A DNA stretch of 58,844 nucleotides from an uncultured Bdellovibrionales bacterium (GTDB lineage: Bacteria > Patescibacteriota > Minisyncoccia > Moranbacterales > UBA1568): NCBI GenBank assembly GCA_964612055.1, contig CAZTBI010000004.1, positions 1-58,844 on the forward strand. Reading direction: 5' to 3'. Position 1 is the first letter of the stretch. Every line of letters begins with the position of its first letter. The position numbers and the translations under genes were made by a program. Below, in pieces: positions 30,787 to 39,641 of the stretch. The notes below the pieces were generated by a model. The model did not search any database. It saw nothing but the letters and a program-made list of their open reading frames with translations, and was not told the origin of the DNA.

Positions 30787-31629
30787 TTAGAAATTAAAGA
30801 CTTTGTGAACATTGATATCAACTACTGTCTCTACCTCCTCCACTCTTTTACCATGAAGTTCCGCTACCTTGGCCACTACTTCGGAAACGTAGGCTGGCTC
30901 ATTACGCTCACCACGATGTGATTGTGGTGTGAGAAATGGACAATCAGTCTCGGTAAAAATCCGATCGAGTGGAATGAGTTTTACTGTTTCCGTCAGATCA
31001 TCCTTCGTCCCTACCACCACCTTCTTCACCGGATAGGTGATATTCCCCGTAAAAGAAAAATAGACGTTTGGAAGAGTGAGAAATTTTTTCGTCACTTCGA
31101 TATCGCCCATGTAGCAATGAAGAATGAAAGGTGAAGGAAAATTTGAAGCCTGGAGAATTTCAAACATATCTTCATAGGCATCGGCCGTGCCGGTAGAGGC
31201 ACGACAATGAAGAATCATTGGGAGTTCCAATTCCTTCGCCAGTTCAATCTGCGCTAAGAAACCGTTTCTTTGCGCTTCTTTTTGTTCTTCTGTAATTGAT
31301 TGTTCCGGATTGTGTGAATAATACTCCAACCCACACTCTCCGATAGCGACCACCTTCTCACTCTTCGCAAGCTCTCGTAAGCCTCTGATCTCTTCCGCTA
31401 ATTGCTGACTGTTCGCCGCTATCTCCTTGTTGTATTCCTGCGGGTGAATACCAATCGCCGCATACATCTCACTATACTTTTCTGCCACCAAAAGCGCTTG
31501 CTTACTCTCATCAATGGTACAGCCAATCACCAGCATTTCTTTCACACCAGCCTCACGTGCTCGTGCGACTACAGCGTCGCGATCCGCATCATAGCTTTCC
31601 CAGTAGAGATGAGTATGAATATCCTGCAT
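30787..31629 (-). CDS. tatD: TatD family nuclease
   Basis: DIHTHL, IGIHP, AIGECGLEY, ILHCR, ILHCY, ETDCPFL. Confidence 0.95.
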   Translation of the reverse strand: MQDIHTHLYWESYDADRDAVVARAREAGVKEMLVIGCTIDESKQALLVAEKYSEMYAAIGIHPQEYNKEIAANSQQLAEEIRGLRELAKSEKVVAIGECGLEYYSHNPEQSITEEQKEAQRNGFLAQIELAKELELPMILHCRASTGTADAYEDMFEILQASNFPSPFILHCYMGDIEVTKKFLTLPNVYFSFTGNITYPVKKVVVGTKDDLTETVKLIPLDRIFTETDCPFLTPQSHRGERNEPAYVSEVVAKVAELHGKRVEEVETVVDINVHKVFNF

Positions 31630-31631
31630 AC

Positions 31632-33062
31632 TTACTTAATTCGCTGAAAGAGTGGTTCAACTTTTCCAGTCTTGAGTGCAGCTTCAATCTTTTCTGATGT
31701 TGAAGGAAGAAAAGGTTTAATCTCAAACGCGATCTGAGCCAGCATTTTTCGCGATTCCTTGAGTACCTGGGTAAACTTTTCTGACTCGCTCTCGAGCTTC
31801 CATGGCTCTTCCTTAGCCAGAAATTCGTTCGCATGCTTCACCGTTACCCATATATTGTTCAATGCTCCAGAGAGGTCGAACTTGAACAAGAATGAATTCA
31901 GACCATCCAATGCAATTCCTTCTGATAAATAGACTTCCTTATCCTCATCTTTCAGTTTTTCACTGAGTTTCACGACACGGGACACCAAATTCCCAAGACC
32001 ATTCGCAAGATCGGCATTATATTTTTCCGTCATTTTTTCCCATGACAAATCGCCGTCTTTACTGTATGGCAAAGCGGTGAGAAGCAAATAGCGTGTTCCA
32101 TCAATACCGAATTTCTCTACCAGTTCATTCGGATAGATCACATTCCCAAGCGACTTCGACATCTTCTGACCATTAATCGTCAGATATTCATGAGCATAGA
32201 TGGTTGTCGGAAGTGGCAGATGAGCTGAGAGAAGCATCGCCGGCCAATAGATGGCATGAAAGCGCAGAATTCCCTTGCCAATGACGTGCACTTTCTCGCC
32301 CTCACCTTTCCAAAACTTCTGATAGAGCTCACCATCCGTTGCATAATCAAGTGCCGTGATGTAGTTCGATAGAGCGTCCACCCAGACATACATAATTTGA
32401 CTTTCGTCACCTGGCACCGGTACACCCCAATTCCTGGCTCGTTCTACAGACCGAGAAATAGAGAAGTCTTCCAGGCCCATCTTGATAAATGACAGAACTT
32501 CATTCCTCCGGTAATCCGGATAGATCTTTATTTCGTTTTCTTCAATGAGTTTCAAAAGCTTATCCTGATAGTTGGAGAGCTTGAAAAAATAGTTTTCTTC
32601 CTCTACCACTTCCGGTTCTTTCTGATGGTCAGGACACTTACCATCAACGAGGTCCTTTTCCGATTTAAATTCTTCGCACCCGACGCAGTACAGTCCCTTG
32701 TATTTTTTCTTATAAATATCTGCGGGATTAAAAGCTTCCCACATTTTTTTGGCACCTTCAAAATGTCGTGCTTCGGTCGTGCGGATAAACTGATCAAACG
32801 AAAGATCAAGTGACTGCGCGAGCGCTTTGAAGCTCTCGGCATTTTCCGCTACAAACTCTTCCGTTTTCCGACCAGCTTTTTCTGCCGCTTGGACGTTCTT
32901 CAAGCTATTCTCATCCGAGCCGGTAAGAAAATATGTTTCATCACCCGAAAGACGATGGTAACGCGCCACTACATCGGTCAACACCTTTTCAACCGCATGT
33001 CCGACATGGGGAGCGGCGTTCACATAATCAATGGCTGTAGTGATGAAAAATGGCTTATTCAT
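31632..33062 (-). CDS. metG: Methionine-tRNA ligase
   Basis: TTAIDYVNAAPHVGH, YVWVDAL, KMSKSLGN. Confidence 0.97.
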   Translation of the reverse strand: MNKPFFITTAIDYVNAAPHVGHAVEKVLTDVVARYHRLSGDETYFLTGSDENSLKNVQAAEKAGRKTEEFVAENAESFKALAQSLDLSFDQFIRTTEARHFEGAKKMWEAFNPADIYKKKYKGLYCVGCEEFKSEKDLVDGKCPDHQKEPEVVEEENYFFKLSNYQDKLLKLIEENEIKIYPDYRRNEVLSFIKMGLEDFSISRSVERARNWGVPVPGDESQIMYVWVDALSNYITALDYATDGELYQKFWKGEGEKVHVIGKGILRFHAIYWPAMLLSAHLPLPTTIYAHEYLTINGQKMSKSLGNVIYPNELVEKFGIDGTRYLLLTALPYSKDGDLSWEKMTEKYNADLANGLGNLVSRVVKLSEKLKDEDKEVYLSEGIALDGLNSFLFKFDLSGALNNIWVTVKHANEFLAKEEPWKLESESEKFTQVLKESRKMLAQIAFEIKPFLPSTSEKIEAALKTGKVEPLFQRIK

Positions 33063-33083
33063 GGTATTTTTAGTTCATTAGTA

Positions 33084-33112
33084 TTGACAAAATCAATTTT
33101 ATGGTATATAAT
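33084..33112 (+). promoter_or_regulatory. Perfect-consensus sigma70 promoter of orphan cassette 3
   Basis: TTGACA-N17-TATAAT. Confidence 0.85.
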
Positions 33113-33168
33113 GTACTGAACAGTGCCTCGTGCCTGTTTTGTTCCCCAACAACCTGAAGAGGTGTCTG

Positions 33169-33501
33169 ATGGAAAAGAAGCTGAATCCGCTCGAGCTGTT
33201 CCTGATGTTCCTGCTCTTTCGCACGATGTGTGCGACGCTTGCGCTCAAGACCTGGTTCAAGAAGACGTTTTCTTCGGCCGCTCCGGCCGGCGAAACGACC
33301 AGCGCGTTCCGGGAGACCTACCCCCACACCCAGAGGCCAGAGATCACGCGGAGTGACATCTGTCTCGTAGCAGGATTCCTGCTCTTCGTGGCAGCGTTGG
33401 TCTTCACTCTCCGATCAATCGCCTGTCTCCACGGCGACGACGTGAGTTGCTCCTTTGCCAGCGCCTGGCTGGGAGAGGTAGTGATGAACCTGATCCGATG
33501 A
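33169..33501 (+). CDS. Orphan membrane protein (110 aa)
   Basis: GAAGAGG SD before MEKKLN; two hydrophobic segments; C/G-ending codons. Confidence 0.65.
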   Translation: MEKKLNPLELFLMFLLFRTMCATLALKTWFKKTFSSAAPAGETTSAFRETYPHTQRPEITRSDICLVAGFLLFVAALVFTLRSIACLHGDDVSCSFASAWLGEVVMNLIR

Positions 33502-33505
33502 ACCC

Positions 33506-33538
33506 GAGCCTGATGACGTCAACGACGTTGTCAGGCTC
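33506..33538 (+). terminator. 15-bp hairpin closing cassette 3
   Basis: GAGCCTGATGACGTC-AAC-GACGTTGTCAGGCTC; no immediate U tract. Confidence 0.55.
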
Positions 33539-33625
33539 AAAACATTTTAGCCTCTTTTTGTATTACTCGCCCCGTTACTTACCCTAAAGCCATTATATCT
33601 AATGGTGACTAAGAATGGTAGCCTC

Positions 33626-34333
33626 TCAAAAGGCAAGTTTTGTAGCTCGATTTTTAGTAACGGGGTAAACCACTATCGTAAACTCGCCCTTCATTTTCCC
33701 AGCCTTACTTTGGAGATACATCTTTACTTCCTCGACACTGCCCCGCACTACTTCCTCAAAGATTTTTGTAAGCTCTCGTCCCAAGACGAGATTTTTTTGT
33801 GGCGAAAGTTCCATGAGAAGCTCTAAGTTTTTGATCACACGGTGTGGTGATTCATAATAGATAACCGGCATTTCAGCCTCGGCCAGTTTCTGGAAAAAAG
33901 TCTGGCGTCCTTTTTTGTGTGGTGGAAATCCGAGAAAGAGAAACTCTCGCATATCAATCCCCGCGACACTGACGATCGCCCCAAGTGCCGAAGCGCCAGG
34001 GATCGGCACCACTTTGATTGCTGCTTCAGCTGCCAGCGCTACCAAGACGTTCCCTGGATCAGAGATCCCTGGTGTCCCAGCATCAGTCACCAGTGCCATA
34101 CTCTCCCCTTTCTTCATCCGCTCAATCAACTTTGCCGCTTTCTCTGCTTCGGTATGTTCATGAAAAGACACGAGCGGCTTTTTGATTTCGAAATGTCGCA
34201 GCAAATTCCCCGTTACTCGAGTATCTTCGGACAACACCACGTCCACTGCTTTCAGTGTTTCCAGAGCGCGGAGCGTCATATCCCCAAGATTTCCAATCGG
34301 CGTCGCCACAATATACAGTATTCCGCTCTCCAT
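33626..34333 (-). CDS. rsmI: 16S rRNA C1402 2'-O-methyltransferase
   Basis: LYIVATPIGNLGDMT.RA, EDTR, DAGTPGISDPG, YESPHR, RELTKIFEE. Confidence 0.96.
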   Translation of the reverse strand: MESGILYIVATPIGNLGDMTLRALETLKAVDVVLSEDTRVTGNLLRHFEIKKPLVSFHEHTEAEKAAKLIERMKKGESMALVTDAGTPGISDPGNVLVALAAEAAIKVVPIPGASALGAIVSVAGIDMREFLFLGFPPHKKGRQTFFQKLAEAEMPVIYYESPHRVIKNLELLMELSPQKNLVLGRELTKIFEEVVRGSVEEVKMYLQSKAGKMKGEFTIVVYPVTKNRATKLAF

Positions 34334-34335
34334 AA

Positions 34336-35367
34336 CTATGCTTGATTACTTTTCTTCAGTAAGAGATCTTCAACGAACACTGAAAGGATCATAGTGATGG
34401 GTACGGAAAGAATAATCCCCAGCGCCCCACCAAGTTCCAGCCCGACCAAAATTGCAATGATGAGGGCTACGGGATTGAGTCCGGCAGAATGTTTCATCAC
34501 CTGCGGCGCCACGATATGCGCCTCTACCTGATGAGCAATAATGTAAAAGGCCAGAGCTGAAGCGCCAAGTACCGGCGAAGAAAGAAGTCCGATGACAATA
34601 GCCGGAACAGCTGCCAAGATCGGTCCGACATACGGCAAAATTTCCATGAAGCCACCGAAGAACGCGATGGCCAAAGCATAGGGTACCCCGAGAAGCGTCA
34701 GTCCCAGATAATAAATACCAAAGGCGATGACCATAAGAAGCATCTGTCCAAACAGCCATTGACTGACCTTGCCCTGCATACGAGTGGCAATGGAAAGCGC
34801 CTGGGCATGATAGTGCTTTGGTGTCAGGAGCAAGAAAAACTTCTCAATACCCTGTTCTTCAAGCGAGAGGTAGAGGGCCAGGAAAAAATATCCAATAAAG
34901 TGAATGAATCCTTGAAACAAGTTCACTGTCGTTGAGAAGATTTGAGAGAACCACGAAGTGATATTGTTCTCGATGTTCTGAGAGAACTCATCCTTACTAA
35001 ACTCAATCCCGATACTCTGAGAATAGGCCTCGACACCACTCATGAAGGTATCCAAACGCTTGGTATATTCCGGCCAATTCTGCAGAAACTGCTTAATTTC
35101 CGAAAAGAACAGCGGCAGAAATACCGACAGGAGCACAATACCGAAAGCGAAAAGAAGTGAATAAGAGATGATCACTGCCGCCGTGCGCGACAAGCCATAT
35201 TTCTGGAGCTTAGCGATTGCTGGCACCAAGGCTGCAGCCGTCAGCACCGCAAGCAACGTCAAAATGACTACATCTCGGATGAGGTAAATGATATAGGCGG
35301 CGCCAATAAGAAGCGCTGCTCGAATGAGCACCTTGGTTCCTACCTCGACGTGTTCAGCAACAGTCAT
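34336..35367 (-). CDS. AI-2E (PerM-like) family transporter
   Basis: Multi-TM; EILPYVGP, QVEAHIVAPQVM, GLNP...IAILVG..LGG.LG..LSVP. Confidence 0.9.
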   Translation of the reverse strand: MTVAEHVEVGTKVLIRAALLIGAAYIIYLIRDVVILTLLAVLTAAALVPAIAKLQKYGLSRTAAVIISYSLLFAFGIVLLSVFLPLFFSEIKQFLQNWPEYTKRLDTFMSGVEAYSQSIGIEFSKDEFSQNIENNITSWFSQIFSTTVNLFQGFIHFIGYFFLALYLSLEEQGIEKFFLLLTPKHYHAQALSIATRMQGKVSQWLFGQMLLMVIAFGIYYLGLTLLGVPYALAIAFFGGFMEILPYVGPILAAVPAIVIGLLSSPVLGASALAFYIIAHQVEAHIVAPQVMKHSAGLNPVALIIAILVGLELGGALGIILSVPITMILSVFVEDLLLKKSNQA

Positions 35368-35377
35368 ATTCTGACAT

Positions 35378-36646
35378 TTAGAACTTCAACAGCTTCTCGA
35401 GCTTCTTTTTGTTGGCTTTTGGTCCAATAACTGCGAGATTTAGCTTTTTGTTGACGAAGATATCCTTGGCGACACGAAGCACGTCATCAGCCGTCACCTT
35501 ATCAATCATCTTGGCCTTTTCTTTTGGTAGAGTAATTTCGCCACGAATCGTTTCCTGGGTTACCAGATATTCGACGACATCATCAGAACCTTCGAGTCCC
35601 ATGGCCATTTTGCCTTTGATATACTCTTTGGCTTTTTTCAATTCTTCGGCATCAACTTTTTCCGTTGCTACTTTTTTGTATTCATCGAGAATCACCTGAA
35701 CTGTTTTCTCTAAATTCTTGTGTTCAATACCAGCATACGCCGCGAGATAACCAGTATCGTGAAAACTCTCAGTCGAAGTATTCACATGGTATGCCAGACC
35801 TCGACGTTCACGCACCGCCATAAAAAGACGACTCGACATACCGCCGCCCAAAATGGTCGCCAGGACAGTGAGGGCATGACGATCTTTGTGATACATATCG
35901 TATGCGCGCACCCCCAGAAGAAGATTCGTCTGGTCCGTTTTTTTGTTCTGTACGAACACCTCTGGTTGTAATTGCTTTTTGGTTGTCTTTTTGAAAGTTG
36001 GCTTCTTACCAGTGCGAATACCGGCAAAGTGTTTTTCGATTTCCTTCTTCACTTTTTTTGGATCAATATTGCCAGCCACTCCGACTACAACGTTTTCGGC
36101 TACATAGCCACGGTTCAGGTATTTGATAAAGTCTTTGCGCATGAAACGTTTCAGGTTTTCTTTTGGTCCGATGATTTCCCAACCCAGCGGGTGATCACCA
36201 TAGAGATGGAGTTCCCAGAGATCACCAATATGGCGCATCGGCATATCTTCGTACATGTTGAGTTCTTGCAAGACTGGGCCACGCTCCCGATCAATTTCTT
36301 CTTGCTCAATTTTGGCGTTCAAAAATAGATCAGAAACAACATCAAGTGCTGTTTCCCAATGATGCGCCTCCACCTTGGCGTAGTACGCTGTGCGATCCTT
36401 ACCGGTATAGGCATTGTACTCAGCACCGATAGCGTCGAGTTCTTTACTGATATCCATGGCAGTCGGACGTTTCTCGGTGCCCTTGAAAAACATATGCTCG
36501 AGGAAGTGCGCCAAACCATTCTCGGCTCGCGTTTCATAGCGTGAACCGACTCCGGTCATGACAATAACCGTCGCGGTACCAGTTTCCTGCATCGGTGCCA
36601 ACAGTATCCGCAAACCATTCTTCAACGTGTGTTTCTGAAATTTCAT
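35378..36646 (-). CDS. M16 family zinc peptidase
   Basis: GSRYE...GLAHFLEHMFFKGT (HxxEH), NAYT, LGGGMSSRLF. Confidence 0.95.
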   Translation of the reverse strand: MKFQKHTLKNGLRILLAPMQETGTATVIVMTGVGSRYETRAENGLAHFLEHMFFKGTEKRPTAMDISKELDAIGAEYNAYTGKDRTAYYAKVEAHHWETALDVVSDLFLNAKIEQEEIDRERGPVLQELNMYEDMPMRHIGDLWELHLYGDHPLGWEIIGPKENLKRFMRKDFIKYLNRGYVAENVVVGVAGNIDPKKVKKEIEKHFAGIRTGKKPTFKKTTKKQLQPEVFVQNKKTDQTNLLLGVRAYDMYHKDRHALTVLATILGGGMSSRLFMAVRERRGLAYHVNTSTESFHDTGYLAAYAGIEHKNLEKTVQVILDEYKKVATEKVDAEELKKAKEYIKGKMAMGLEGSDDVVEYLVTQETIRGEITLPKEKAKMIDKVTADDVLRVAKDIFVNKKLNLAVIGPKANKKKLEKLLKF

Positions 36647-36660
36647 ATCGTGTAGTACTG

Positions 36661-38058
36661 TTACATTTTTTCTGTTAGATACTGCTTCAACTCTTCTATC
36701 TTTACTCTCTCTTGCTGCATGCTGTCGCGATCACGGACAGTGACGGCGCCATCTTCGAGAGAATCGAAGTCGACAGTCACGCAGTACGGCGTACCGATCT
36801 CGTCCTGACGGCGGTAGCGCTTTCCGACATTACCGTTGTCATCGAATTCCACGCGGAAATCTTTTTTCAATGCACCAAATACTTCTCGTGCTTTTTCCAC
36901 TAACTCCGGTTTGTTCTTCATGAGTGGAAACACTGCTACTTGCACCGGCGCTAGTTTTTTCGGAAACTTGAGCACAATACGAGTATCGCTCTCTCCGTCT
37001 TTACCTACTTCTTCTTCGGTATAGGCATCCGTCATCACTGCAAGAAACGTTCGATCGACACCAACCGATGTTTCAACGATCCACGGTGTGTACTTCTCAT
37101 TCGTCTGTGGATCACGATAGGATAAATCTTCCCCAGAAAATTTGGAGTGTTGCGTCAGATCGTAATCGCTCCGATTATGGATACCTTCGAGTTCCTTGAA
37201 GCCAAAGGGGAAATTATACTCAATATCCCAAGCCGCCTTGGCATAAAACACCAGGTTCTCGTGCTGGTGCCAGCGCAGATTCTCCGGCTTGATCCCGAGA
37301 TCGATATAGTACTGGAAACGCTTGGCGCGCCACTCTTCATATACCGCAGCCGCGTCTTCTGGACGAACAAAGTACTGCAGCTCCATCTGCTCAAATTCCC
37401 GCTTGCGGAAAATAAACTGACGCGCTGTAATCTCATTACGGAAAGCTTTACCAATCTGCGCAATACCAAAGGGCACCTTCACGCGCGAAGAATCAAGGAC
37501 ATTTTTGAAATTCACATAGATGCCCTGACAGGTCTCGCCACGAAGATACGTGGGTTCTTTCGTCCAATCACCGGTGAAATTTCCAAGGTTTGATTGTACT
37601 AAGAGATTGAAATTTTTGGCTTCGCTGAAGTTTGACTTCCCACACTTCGGACACTTCACCTTTCCTTTGTTTTCAGAAAAAAGAGCGTTAATCTCGGTCT
37701 CGCTCATCTTTTCATCCGCAAAAACCCCGGCTTCCTCAAGCAGATGATCAACACGGACACGAGAGTGACACTCTTTGCATTCAGCGAGTGGATCAGAAAA
37801 TCCTCCGACGTGTCCCGAGGCTTCCCAAACTTTCGGATGCATGAAGATAGCGCTGTCGAGTCCAACAATATTTTCATGATCGCGCACCATGGCCTGCCAC
37901 CACGCTTCACGAATATTCTTGGCCAACTCCACGCCATACGGGCCGAAATCGTAAACCGCTGCAAAGCCACCGTAGATTTCGGAAGAAGGAAACACAAAAC
38001 CACGCCGCTTACAGAGCGACACTATTTTTTCCATCAAATCATTTTTTTCTTCGGCCAT
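36661..38058 (-). CDS. glyQS: Glycine-tRNA ligase (alpha2 type)
   Basis: LCKRRGFVFPSSEIYGG, YLRGETCQG, FRKREFEQME, YRRQDEIGTP. Start trimmed to MAEEKND. Confidence 0.97.
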   Translation of the reverse strand: MAEEKNDLMEKIVSLCKRRGFVFPSSEIYGGFAAVYDFGPYGVELAKNIREAWWQAMVRDHENIVGLDSAIFMHPKVWEASGHVGGFSDPLAECKECHSRVRVDHLLEEAGVFADEKMSETEINALFSENKGKVKCPKCGKSNFSEAKNFNLLVQSNLGNFTGDWTKEPTYLRGETCQGIYVNFKNVLDSSRVKVPFGIAQIGKAFRNEITARQFIFRKREFEQMELQYFVRPEDAAAVYEEWRAKRFQYYIDLGIKPENLRWHQHENLVFYAKAAWDIEYNFPFGFKELEGIHNRSDYDLTQHSKFSGEDLSYRDPQTNEKYTPWIVETSVGVDRTFLAVMTDAYTEEEVGKDGESDTRIVLKFPKKLAPVQVAVFPLMKNKPELVEKAREVFGALKKDFRVEFDDNGNVGKRYRRQDEIGTPYCVTVDFDSLEDGAVTVRDRDSMQQERVKIEELKQYLTEKM

Positions 38059-38065
38059 AGGACTC

Positions 38066-38094
38066 TTGACAAAAAGGCTTATTTCGTGTATACT
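38066..38094 (+). promoter_or_regulatory. sigma70 promoter of orphan cassette 4
   Basis: TTGACA-N17-TATACT. Confidence 0.8.
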
Positions 38095-38213
38095 GGGGAG
38101 GTTATTCACAAGTTCAGTGTACAGGCAAATAGAGCATTGCTCAAGCCTTTCCACGACTTGTCTGGTCCTTTGTTCAACCCCGGGGAACACAATAACCCCA
38201 TTTTGGAGGCTCC

Positions 38214-38456
38214 ATGAAAACCCCCAATCCCATTGTGCTTGGCATGCTGGCTATCCTGCTCATGCTCGCCTGGCTCATTTGGCGCAACTGGCGCAGACAA
38301 GCAGCCAGTCACTTCATGCCATGCCGGGCGTGCAAACTGGACACCAAGTCAACCTTCGATGAGGTCATCGAGGGTGGTGCGACCACTCGATTCCACTACT
38401 ACTGCCAGTGTGGCCATGCATGGCAAGTGGACACGCCGCGTACCCAAGGGTACTGA
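38214..38456 (+). CDS. TM-anchored zinc-ribbon-like orphan (80 aa)
   Basis: GGAGG SD; N-terminal TM, RNWRR, then CRAC-x23-CQCGHAW. Confidence 0.7.
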   Translation: MKTPNPIVLGMLAILLMLAWLIWRNWRRQAASHFMPCRACKLDTKSTFDEVIEGGATTRFHYYCQCGHAWQVDTPRTQGY

Positions 38457-38475
38457 GAACAGCGCCTGAAGGACC

Positions 38476-38510
38476 GCGCGACGTAGAACCCCTACGCTCG
38501 CGCTTTTTTT
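38476..38510 (+). terminator. Terminator of cassette 4
   Basis: GCGCGA-CGTAG-AACC-CTACG-C-TCGCGC followed by a T run. Confidence 0.8.
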
Positions 38511-38513
38511 ATT

Positions 38514-39635
38514 TCAAGAACGGAGTTTCTCCATGAGCTTCATATAGAAGCGCAGGTTATGCTCTGAGGCCAAACGAAACGCCAAAGATTCTCCAACCCG
38601 GAACAAGTGTCGCAGATGACTTCTTGTATATTTCGTACAAAGCGTACAGTCACAACTCGGATCAACGGGCGTAAAGTCACTCGTAAACTGCTCGTTATTG
38701 ATATTAATGGTTCCGTAAAAATCTAAACTCTCAGCACTGACCGCCTTTCCTTCTTTCCACAAAAATAATCTGCCGTGGCGACCTTCGCGCGTCGGAATCA
38801 CACAATCAAACATGTCCCAACCAACGGCATGAAGCCGCACGATATCCTCTGGCGTTCCCACGCCCAATGCGAAACGAATACTGTCTTCAGGAATAAATGA
38901 CGCTAGAGCAGTAACGAGCTCGCCCAAGAACTTTCCTTCCATATCCACGTGGCGACCACCGAGACCATACCCATCAAAACCGATAGCGACGAGTCCCTCG
39001 GCGCAACGTTTGCGCTCAGCAATCATCATCCCGCCCTGTACCACTCCGAAAAGAAGTGGTCGTGTTTCATCGGTCATTCCTCGTGTAGCTATCTGGCGGT
39101 CATATTCCTCGCGACACCGCTTGGCCCACCGCAGTGTCCGATCAACCGCCGCCACAATTTCCTCTTCCTTCGCATCATTGGGACGCGGATCATCAAGTAC
39201 CACCATCATATCCACACCGAGATCAAACTGGATCTGGATAGCGCGTTCCGGTGTGAGCAAGTGTTTCGAGCCATCAAGAACCGAACGGAACTCCGCACCA
39301 TCTTCAGTAATCTTTCCGAGTTCGGGATTTTTATGAATGAGCGAATAGACTTGATAGCCACCAGAATCAGAAAGGACTGGATGTGGCCAATTCATAAAAG
39401 CATGGATGCCTCCAGCTTCTTTGATCAGTGCTTCACCTGGCTGCAAAAACAAATGATAGGTATTCACTACCAACGCTGTCACGCCCGTCTTTTCCAAATC
39501 TTCCGAGGTCAGTCCGCGTACCGATGCCCTGGTTGCATCCGGCATGAAAAAGGGAGTGTGGAGACTCCCTTTTCTGGTCACTATTTCACCGACACGGCCG
39601 TGTTCGGTTTGTAAACGTTTTTTCCAAAGAGACAT
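38514..39635 (-). CDS. tgt: tRNA-guanine transglycosylase
   Basis: TPFFMP, NTYHL, SDSGGYQVYSL, DMFDCVIPTR, C.C..C...H zinc site. Confidence 0.95.
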   Translation of the reverse strand: MSLWKKRLQTEHGRVGEIVTRKGSLHTPFFMPDATRASVRGLTSEDLEKTGVTALVVNTYHLFLQPGEALIKEAGGIHAFMNWPHPVLSDSGGYQVYSLIHKNPELGKITEDGAEFRSVLDGSKHLLTPERAIQIQFDLGVDMMVVLDDPRPNDAKEEEIVAAVDRTLRWAKRCREEYDRQIATRGMTDETRPLLFGVVQGGMMIAERKRCAEGLVAIGFDGYGLGGRHVDMEGKFLGELVTALASFIPEDSIRFALGVGTPEDIVRLHAVGWDMFDCVIPTREGRHGRLFLWKEGKAVSAESLDFYGTININNEQFTSDFTPVDPSCDCTLCTKYTRSHLRHLFRVGESLAFRLASEHNLRFYMKLMEKLRS

Positions 39636-39641
39636 ACGATC

